From positions 1 to 13,973 of the forward strand of contig JBIJBT010000073.1 of the NCBI GenBank assembly GCA_044345055.1: a DNA stretch of 13,973 nucleotides. The letters are read 5' to 3'. Under the pieces are notes generated by a model. That model worked only from the letters and a program-made list of their open reading frames with translations, had not been told where the DNA came from and ran no database searches. Numbering within the stretch: the first letter of the stretch is position 1; each line of letters starts with the position of its first letter. Of this stretch, positions 7,104 to 13,973 are shown piece by piece. Origin of the DNA: Bdellovibrionota bacterium. GTDB taxonomy: Bacteria; Bdellovibrionota_C; UBA2361; OMIW01. The position numbers were made by a program, and so were the translations under genes.

Positions 7104-7829
7104 CTATTTGTGCTGTTGAAGCGTTTTCTCTTGAGCTTTTTTTTGGCTCTTTCCCTCATCGATTCCGAGCGCTGCAAAAACATTCGGGACTTTAAGTTTA
7201 AACTGTTTTAGCAGAAATTCGCCGTTTGCGAGTGCTTTGGTTGCGCTATTCTTACGAGCTGTTTTTTCCTCTTTTAGCGCACGATCTACAGTTTGTTGAC
7301 ACCGTTGATAACGGAAAAGCTCTTCTCTTGCAAACGACTCTGCGGCGGCCGAGGCAGTAATTCCCCGTAGGTAACCCTCACGTTTATCAAACTCCCACTT
7401 TTTGTAAGAGCTCCAAAACTCTTCGAGGATAGGACAAGAGGCTGCTCCTGAAATGCTCGCGTTCGCGATATCAACGGCGAGAATTGCATCGAGTATTGCA
7501 GGGCAGCTTCCCCGTTTGGATGTGCAATAAAGGTAGGTTCCTGCAAGGTGCCGTATTACAGGAGGACTTGCGGTATGTTTGTTGATAGTTCCCGATTGGA
7601 GCTCGGTAAGAACAGTTTGAAAAAGTTGTATCGCCTCTGTTTGCCCTGCCTCGTATGGGGTTCGTTTTGTCGGCTCGTCCTCAAATTCTATCGAGCCCTC
7701 GGTAGGAGGTCTTTCAGCGATACAGCGGTCCGATGAAATAAAGGCCGCAAGAAGAGCGATACCGAGAGTGAAGAAAGGAGAATATACCTTTTGCATGGGA
7801 AAATTTGCGAAGTTTTTTCGGGTGCTCAA
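7104..7829 (-). CDS. Hypothetical exported protein (possible start ATG 7796)
   Basis: Signal-peptide-like N-terminus (FFTLGIALLAAFISS), four cysteines in the core region and a Lys-rich C-terminus. No family recognised. Confidence 0.7.
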   Translation of the reverse strand: MSTRKNFANFPMQKVYSPFFTLGIALLAAFISSDRCIAERPPTEGSIEFEDEPTKRTPYEAGQTEAIQLFQTVLTELQSGTINKHTASPPVIRHLAGTYLYCTSKRGSCPAILDAILAVDIANASISGAASCPILEEFWSSYKKWEFDKREGYLRGITASAAAESFAREELFRYQRCQQTVDRALKEEKTARKNSATKALANGEFLLKQFKLKVPNVFAALGIDEGKSQKKAQEKTLQQHK

Positions 7830-7868
7830 TTCAGCTTGCCGAATGTTGGTAGCTCCATTATCCCCAAC

Positions 7869-8774
7869 CTACCAACATTGCGATATACCTTTCTTCTTGT
7901 TCTCGGATGCTTCCTGATAAATCCGCTCGGGAGGTTCGCGGAGGTCCCAGACCAGCCCGAGTGCCTGGAGAGCCCGCAATATGTAGTGCGAAATATCTAT
8001 TTCCCACCAATAAAATCCCTGCCGCTCAGAGCCTGGATAACGGTGATGATTGTTGTGCCAACCCTCACCTAGGGTGATAAGAGAGAGTATGAGGCTATTT
8101 TTGCTGTTATCAGAGGTTTCAAAACGTCTGCGCCCAATTATGTGAGCGGCAGAGTTAATCATGAATGTTCCGTGATAGAGCAGTGTGGTGCTAACACAAA
8201 ATCCCCAGGCAAAAAGCTGAAGAGGGGTTGTGCCGAGCTGTGGCGCGTAGCTTTGAAGAAGCCAGCCTGAGAGAAAGAGAAGCGCGATGAGGCTGACGGG
8301 ACCTACCAAGTGATTTCGATCGATCCACCGCAGCTCGGGGAACTTCACGAGATCTTTTACCAGGTCATATCGCGTTTCTATGTAGTGAGTACATAAAACC
8401 CAACCGACGTGCGCCCACCAAATACCCTGAACGACGGTTGAATGAATATCTTCCTCGGTATCAGAGTGTTTGTGGTGGTGTCGATGATGACCAGCCCACC
8501 AGAGAGGGCCTTTCTGCGCACAGGTCGATCCAAGAAACGCGAGGAGAAATTGAAAGGGGCGGCTCGTCTGGTAGGTGCGATGGGAGAAATAACGGTGATA
8601 CGCGCCGGTGATAGCGAACATGCGGATCAAATAGAGGCCGACGCAGACGAAAAAAGCGGTCCAGCTAAATCCGGTCCATATAACGAGAAAGCAGCCGAGG
8701 TGGATTAGCCAAAAAACGGCCTGTTTGAGGATATTAATCGGAGAAAAATCAGCTGGGAGATACCGAGGGTTCAT
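7869..8774 (-). CDS. Membrane fatty acid desaturase, delta-9 acyl-CoA/acyl-lipid (Ole1/DesC-like) family
   Basis: Three His boxes HRYFSH, HHRHHH and GEGWHNNHH, plus QKGPLWWA, WWAHVGW, FYWWEIDI and several transmembrane segments. Confidence 0.95.
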   Translation of the reverse strand: MNPRYLPADFSPINILKQAVFWLIHLGCFLVIWTGFSWTAFFVCVGLYLIRMFAITGAYHRYFSHRTYQTSRPFQFLLAFLGSTCAQKGPLWWAGHHRHHHKHSDTEEDIHSTVVQGIWWAHVGWVLCTHYIETRYDLVKDLVKFPELRWIDRNHLVGPVSLIALLFLSGWLLQSYAPQLGTTPLQLFAWGFCVSTTLLYHGTFMINSAAHIIGRRRFETSDNSKNSLILSLITLGEGWHNNHHRYPGSERQGFYWWEIDISHYILRALQALGLVWDLREPPERIYQEASENKKKGISQCW

Positions 8775-8838
8775 AATCGACTTCTTTAAGGATTCACACC
8801 GTACCGCAAAAGTCGGAGAACTTTACGGCTACGCCGCT

Positions 8839-8867
8839 ATTATAATCCGTTAGCGAAACTAGGTCGA
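8839..8867 (-). promoter_or_regulatory. Putative sigma70-type promoter for the desaturase
   Basis: Minus strand: TCGACC (8867-8862, 4/6 match to TTGACA), 17-nt spacer, perfect TATAAT (8844-8839). Confidence 0.45.
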
Positions 8868-8909
8868 ATAATCGCACAAAGAGTCTTCTTCCAAAAGAGG
8901 CCGACAGTG

Positions 8910-10451
8910 TTAGTTGTAACCTAACTCACTAAAATATCGATCGATATTCTCGGATATTTCCCCTTTAGGCAGAATGCGCGGAACCTTGTGTTGTCCACCT
9001 AGTTTGCCTCTCGACTCCATCCAACGCTCGAATGAGCCGGGAGGAACAATGTACACGAGCGGTTCCTTGAGTCCAAAACCCTCAGCTCGATGTCCTCGAT
9101 AGTCATCGTTTCGCTGCTGTAGTGTGCGATCGAGAGTCTCAACAAAGGTGCGCTTCTGATCGGTTGAAACTTCAGCTGTTCCAAGCTCAACAAAGTATCG
9201 ATGGCCTCCGAGGTCGCCATCATGTTTAGGGAAAAGAGAGCTCACAGTGTAATCGGTGACTGAGGCTCCGATACTCTCGGCTGCTGCACTCACCGATGCA
9301 TCGATCTCTTCGCCCGTAAGATGCTCGCCAAAGTCCGAGAGAAAATAGCTGGTACGGCCAGTGATAACGACCCGAGGAGGAGAGAGCTCCACAAATCGAA
9401 CCGTGTCGCCAATAATATAACTCCACAATCCAGCGCAGGTTGTTAGAACGACAGCATACTCGACACCTAGCTCGACTGAGCCGACCCAGAAGCGTCGATG
9501 ATTTCCATTCCTCAAATCTTCGACCGGTATAAATTCAAAAAATATCCCGTGATCGAGATTGAGTCGCAGACCGGCATCTGGTGCACAATCAGCAATACCG
9601 ATAAATCCCTCACTCGCGGGATATACTTCGCGCATCTCTGCGCTTGAGCCAGCGAGCAACGTTGCGAATCGGGATCGATATGGCTCGAAGCGAACTCCCC
9701 CATGAACTATCATCTCGAGATTGGGGAAGAGCTCTGCAATCTGTTTGCCCGGGCGAAGCTCGCGGAGTTTGTCGAAAAATATCAGGAGCCAACTCGGAAC
9801 GCCCCCTATCATCCGAATATCTCTTGTGAGTGATTCCTCGGCGAGACGATCGATCTTTTGCCGCCAATCAGCGATAAGGGCAAGCTCAGGAGGGGGGAAA
9901 TATCGAGGCCGAATCCAGGCGGGTATAGTTTTTGCTGCGATACCGCTCAGATCTCCTGACCAGACGTTCTTTGCTTCCTCGACAAGATCAGTGCTCCCGC
10001 CCAACATAAAATTGAGCCCCCCAAGAATCCGTGATTGAGGGCGCTGATTGAGATGATGAACGAGGAGATCGACTCCCGCCTTTGTGTTCGAGCGAATCAT
10101 CTCGTTTGAGCACGGGATATATTTTGTGGTTCCGGATGAAGTTCCGGAGCTAACGGCGAAATAGGGAATCCGTCCAGGCCAGGATACATCTTCGAGGACT
10201 GGAAAAGGGGCTCGCCAGTACTCGTTCCAGAACTGCTCGTAGCTTCGAACTGGAACTGCGCTCTGATAATCTCGCACAGAGGTGATGCGCTCAAATTTAT
10301 GATCCCTTCCGAATCCGGTTCGACGTGCGGAGCGCACGAGGGATAGAAGCGTTTTTTCCTGGGTGAGGGTCGGAGAGCCGTTCTGAAGCGCTCTATTGCG
10401 CTTGAGGGTGTACATCTTGAGAAGCGAGGTGGCATCGAACATGGCGGGCAT
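8910..10451 (-). CDS. GH3 family (auxin-responsive GH3-like) acyl-adenylate-forming enzyme
   Basis: GH3 nucleotide-binding motifs SSGTSSGTTKYIP, YPASEG and YIIGD, N-terminal TGFGRDHKF...YQSAVPVRSYE, and C-terminal KLGGQHKVPR typical of bacterial GH3 homologues. Confidence 0.92.
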   Translation of the reverse strand: MPAMFDATSLLKMYTLKRNRALQNGSPTLTQEKTLLSLVRSARRTGFGRDHKFERITSVRDYQSAVPVRSYEQFWNEYWRAPFPVLEDVSWPGRIPYFAVSSGTSSGTTKYIPCSNEMIRSNTKAGVDLLVHHLNQRPQSRILGGLNFMLGGSTDLVEEAKNVWSGDLSGIAAKTIPAWIRPRYFPPPELALIADWRQKIDRLAEESLTRDIRMIGGVPSWLLIFFDKLRELRPGKQIAELFPNLEMIVHGGVRFEPYRSRFATLLAGSSAEMREVYPASEGFIGIADCAPDAGLRLNLDHGIFFEFIPVEDLRNGNHRRFWVGSVELGVEYAVVLTTCAGLWSYIIGDTVRFVELSPPRVVITGRTSYFLSDFGEHLTGEEIDASVSAAAESIGASVTDYTVSSLFPKHDGDLGGHRYFVELGTAEVSTDQKRTFVETLDRTLQQRNDDYRGHRAEGFGLKEPLVYIVPPGSFERWMESRGKLGGQHKVPRILPKGEISENIDRYFSELGYN

Positions 10452-10501
10452 TCTATTAGGGACGATAGGGAGTGAGCTTTGAAGACAACTAAATGCTGCT
10501 C

Positions 10502-10807
10502 TTATATCGAGGTGGTTCGTGATGCTGATACGGCGTGAGTTGCCCCGACAAAAAGGATGACCCGATCCGATTCCCCAGCGGTTTCACAAGTTGATTCCGT
10601 GCGATCTATTGAGAGGCCGGCGGTGCTTAGTCCAGCGCCGGATTTAGTTGAACCCATCGATAAAAGTTCTTCTCTATCGGCAGCATGATTTTTCACGACA
10701 ACCCAGGCAGGATAAGGAGCTTCCCAATCCCAACGATAATCAGCCAACTCGATCCACTGATCGCGAAAGTGTTCCTTGACGATATTCCAGGAGAGGCGAT
10801 GGCTCAT
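10502..10807 (-). CDS. Small hypothetical protein
   Basis: ATG start, Trp-rich N-terminal domain (LSWNIVKEHFRDQWIELADYRWDW...VVKNHAADREEL), then a Ser/Thr/Gly linker. Ends 50 nt upstream of the GH3 gene on the same strand. Confidence 0.7.
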   Translation of the reverse strand: MSHRLSWNIVKEHFRDQWIELADYRWDWEAPYPAWVVVKNHAADREELLSMGSTKSGAGLSTAGLSIDRTESTCETAGESDRVILFVGATHAVSASRTTSI

Positions 10808-11075
10808 AGGAGTTTTTGTGACATGAGTGGTACTGCCGAGTCGATTTTATAGGCGTTCGATTTTTGCGCGGCTCTCGACTAGCTCGGTAAACTTCGATAG
10901 TGTGACAAGGTGCTCGCTTCTATTGATCAATATACGAAGGAGTCGAGTCAAGAGCAAACCGAGAGTAATTCTTTTTGATCAATCCTGATAATTAAGTTTG
11001 TGTCCGCTATTGAGCGTAACTTAACCGTGTCTAAAAATCTCCGTTCGCGTCCCGACAAAAAGAGGCAACATCTGT

Positions 11076-12404
11076 ATGGCAAAAGTTACTAACATCTCAG
11101 GCTTTCCTGAATATCTTCCGGAAGAGCGAATTGTCGAGGAACACATTTTACGAACGATCGGCGATATCTTTCGGCTGCACGGATTTGCGAGCATGGAGAC
11201 TCCATCAGTTGAGCTTGTCTCAACTTTGACGCAGAAAGGGGTCGCTGAAAAGGAGATATACACGCTGCGACGGCTTCGGGATGAGGGCGACACTGAGGCT
11301 GAGCTTGGTCTTCATTTTGATCTCACCGTTCCGTTCGCAAGGTATGTCGCGCAACATCTCTCGCGACTTTCCTTCCCGTTTCGCCGCTCCTGCTATCAAA
11401 AGGTATGGAGAGGAGAAAGGCCGCAAAAGGGGCGATATCGCGAATTTGGTCAGTTCGATATTGATATCGTGGCTCGGGATATCCTTCCGATTTCGGCCGA
11501 TGCAGAAGTTGTCACAGTGATCGCCAAGGCTTTTTCTCAGCTTGCGATCGTTCGGGCAGAGCTTCGGATTAACAATCGGAAAATTTTGCTCGGGATGTAT
11601 GATTCGCTCGGGATTGGAGAGTCAAGACGTGGAGAAGTTGTCAGGATAGTTGATAAACTAGATAAAATTGGTCCTGATGGTGTGAGAAAAGAGTTGAGCG
11701 AAGGGGAGGGTCTTGGGAGTGAGCAGATAGATAGGATTCTCGCCTGGTCAACTCTTAAAGCTCCCGCTGCTGGGGCGAGGGGGATGCTCGAAGGGCTTGC
11801 GATTGAAAATGAAACCTTTCAGCGAGGTATGCAGGAGCTGGTCGAGGTTCTTGAGCTAGTGCCTCCAGCAGCCCGAAATATTATCACCGTTAGTTTAAGT
11901 CTTGCTCGCGGACTCGATTATTACACTGGAACAATTTTTGAGGTTGTCCTCCCTGATTACCCCCATTTTGGAGCTGTCTCTGCAGGTGGGAGATACGATG
12001 ATCTTACCGCTCAATTTCTTCCGGGGCAGCGATTGCCGGCGGTTGGCGGTTCGATTGGAGTGTCGCGATTGATGGGATTGATCCTCGAAAAGGAGCTCAT
12101 GCCGATGCACCGGCAGTGCCCATCACGATTGCTTCTCACGATTCACTCGGAGGATTCTCGGGTGCGAGTTAATGAGTGGGCAGAGCGGTTTCGCGCAAAA
12201 TGTGTCCCGACAGAGGTGTATTTTAAACCAGCAAAGCTTGGCAAACAGATAGAATACGCAAACGCAAAGGGAATTCGGTTTGCAGGATTTATGAATGAGG
12301 AATCGGGGGAGATTGAGATAAAGGATCTTAAAGAGCAACATCAGGGACCGCTCGGTGATCTTGATGAATGGATTGCGACAAATAGAGCCAGTTTATTTGA
12401 TTAG
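11076..12404 (+). CDS. hisS: Histidine--tRNA ligase
   Basis: LHFDLTVPFARY, class II motif 2 VWRGERPQKGRYREFGQFDID, His-binding LARGLDYYTG, GGRYDDL, motif 3 GGSIGVSRL and C-terminal anticodon-binding domain KLGKQIEYANAKGI. Ends in TAG TAG TAG. Confidence 0.97.
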   Translation: MAKVTNISGFPEYLPEERIVEEHILRTIGDIFRLHGFASMETPSVELVSTLTQKGVAEKEIYTLRRLRDEGDTEAELGLHFDLTVPFARYVAQHLSRLSFPFRRSCYQKVWRGERPQKGRYREFGQFDIDIVARDILPISADAEVVTVIAKAFSQLAIVRAELRINNRKILLGMYDSLGIGESRRGEVVRIVDKLDKIGPDGVRKELSEGEGLGSEQIDRILAWSTLKAPAAGARGMLEGLAIENETFQRGMQELVEVLELVPPAARNIITVSLSLARGLDYYTGTIFEVVLPDYPHFGAVSAGGRYDDLTAQFLPGQRLPAVGGSIGVSRLMGLILEKELMPMHRQCPSRLLLTIHSEDSRVRVNEWAERFRAKCVPTEVYFKPAKLGKQIEYANAKGIRFAGFMNEESGEIEIKDLKEQHQGPLGDLDEWIATNRASLFD

Positions 12405-12420
12405 TAGTAGTTTTGTGTTT

Positions 12421-12460
12421 GGGCGCGGGTTTCGGATCGCATTGTGGAGCCTGCTTGCCT
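12421..12460 (+). terminator. Imperfect G-U-rich hairpin between convergent genes
   Basis: GGGC-GCGGGTTTC ... GGAGCCTGC-tt-GCCT pairs on the + strand using wobbles. No U-tract follows. Confidence 0.3.
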
Positions 12461-12468
12461 ACTGGACA

Positions 12469-13227
12469 TTAAAACCCCAACCCGATCATTGGAGTTTTTC
12501 GTTGCGGAAAAAGAGTTGAATCGATAAACAAACGGGCTTGAGGGGATTCAGCGGTGAGAATGGTCGAACCGGGTGGCCGAATACTTGGTAGTTTATATTG
12601 TCGAATCTGAGATACAAGAATCAGTGGGAGAGATGGGTGTTTTGGTGCAGTAACTCCATCGATTGAGATCTCCCCGAGCGCACTTATCGTTAGTGATGAT
12701 CCCAAAATTGTGAGGTTTTGAATCTTTACTGAACCCCGAATATATAGGGCGACCGTCGTCTCGGGGATGACCACACTTGACCCGTGGAGCCCGCCGTTTA
12801 GGGTGATTAAGGAATGTGGTGAGGGTGGAATGACCGAGCACCCAAAGTTAGTTAGTGGATCTGCTGTTATTGGTGGGCAGGATACTGCTGTTTTCTCTAT
12901 CTGTGAGGTAAGAGGAATACCCTGAACAATCAGTGGAGGAAGATTATAGCGAATGGTCCTAAATCTATCTTCTTCGGGATGGGAAATTATCGCCTGTGAT
13001 GAATTTGGAACGGCTGCGGCGATCGCTGTAGCTCGCTGCTGTAGATCAAAGGCGCGACCACGTTGAGCCGCAACCGTCGTCCGAACTGCCGATACTCCCT
13101 CCATCGCAAGAATTGTCCCGATACTGCCGAGAGAAACCAATAAAAATAGAAATGGTAAAAGGGCAAATCCAGCAATCTTAGCGCTTGTTTGGTTTGGATT
13201 TTTCACAAAATTATAGATTGAACACAA
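12469..13227 (-). CDS. Hypothetical protein with PilX/GspK-like pilin N-terminus
   Basis: Short polar/basic leader, then G|FALLPFLFLLVSLGSIG hydrophobic helix, an amphipathic helix and a beta-rich C-terminal region (LYIRGSVKI, ISALGEISI). Confidence 0.6.
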   Translation of the reverse strand: MCSIYNFVKNPNQTSAKIAGFALLPFLFLLVSLGSIGTILAMEGVSAVRTTVAAQRGRAFDLQQRATAIAAAVPNSSQAIISHPEEDRFRTIRYNLPPLIVQGIPLTSQIEKTAVSCPPITADPLTNFGCSVIPPSPHSLITLNGGLHGSSVVIPETTVALYIRGSVKIQNLTILGSSLTISALGEISIDGVTAPKHPSLPLILVSQIRQYKLPSIRPPGSTILTAESPQARLFIDSTLFPQRKTPMIGLGF

Positions 13228-13236
13228 ACCGGTACT

Positions 13237-13973
13237 TTAAAGCTTATTGACGATCCGAAGCAGGGAATCATACGAAGTGCGGGTAAGACTGCCGTATTGG
13301 TGAATCGGATAGCGTTTTAGAGTCCCTTTTTCGGAGGTTATTGAGATACCGATCGTCGGGGAGGTAGATAGAGAAATTGAAAGGGGTGGTACATCTGCAA
13401 AGAGAGGCTGATTCTCGATGACTGAGCTGCCGACCTGTTGAAAGAGCCGCAGCTCCTTTTTTTCGCTTACGTAGTAGGTTAGAAGTTGTGAGATTGGAAC
13501 AAGAAGAAGGGTGCGTTTATGATCGATAGAGTGAGTTATAAGGCTCTCCTCCCGCCCAATTAATCCAGAGCAACATCCATTTGAGGAGCATCCAAACGAT
13601 TGTGCCACAACCTCTGCAACACCCTCGGCTGAAATTGCAAGAAATGAGCGATGCGGAGAGGAGGGTGTTTTGCCCCCTGAAGCGGAGCATCCCTCAAACC
13701 AGTTATAGCTCGACTGAATTGGGGTTGTACTTCGAGGAATCAGCGCGGCGGCAGAGTCGAGGGTAAGCACCGTTATCGCATCTGACGTTCCAGAGCGAAC
13801 TGTTGAAGACCCACGCATCACTGGATGAGCAGCTCCGCTCAGATATGAGATTGTTCCACCTTTGTGAATTCGCAATCCAAGAGCCAGTCGATGGGTGTCG
13901 GCATCTTGCATGATCTGCGATGCGATCGCGGAGAGTCTCGCCGCAAGTCGCTGAGCTTCTGCCTCTTTTTTTA
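13237..13973 (-). CDS. Hypothetical protein, C-terminal part (possibly PilW/GspJ-like); start lies beyond the right edge
   Basis: The frame stays open upstream of 13911 to the edge (KKEAEAQRLAARLSAIASQIMQDAD...). It contains several Cys and a beta-rich LTYYVSEKKELRL segment, and ends 9 nt before the 13227 gene. Confidence 0.65.
   Translation of the reverse strand, partial: KKEAEAQRLAARLSAIASQIMQDADTHRLALGLRIHKGGTISYLSGAAHPVMRGSSTVRSGTSDAITVLTLDSAAALIPRSTTPIQSSYNWFEGCSASGGKTPSSPHRSFLAISAEGVAEVVAQSFGCSSNGCCSGLIGREESLITHSIDHKRTLLLVPISQLLTYYVSEKKELRLFQQVGSSVIENQPLFADVPPLSISLSTSPTIGISITSEKGTLKRYPIHQYGSLTRTSYDSLLRIVNKL

Noticed and set aside
11076..12404. HisZ (ATP phosphoribosyltransferase regulatory subunit)
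   Set aside because: Catalytic motifs and the C-terminal anticodon-binding domain are present.

Overview
Bacterial chromosomal window, mostly housekeeping genes: an rlmD-like RNA methyltransferase, ddl, a delta-9-type fatty acid desaturase, a GH3-family adenylating enzyme, hisS and the tail of a probable minor (pseudo)pilin cluster. No tRNA, rRNA, CRISPR array, integrase or transposase was recognised. The most unusual part is 1818-5780. It begins with a sensor-less histidine-kinase-like protein whose ATP-binding motifs are degenerate. Next come two hypothetical ORFs, one a two-block pentapeptide-repeat protein, which share a reading frame and are separated by a single TAA. These two ORFs are bracketed by two directly repeated copies (62/67 nt identical) of a two-hairpin element whose substitutions largely spare the predicted stems. 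All product calls come from motif recognition by eye and no database searches were run.
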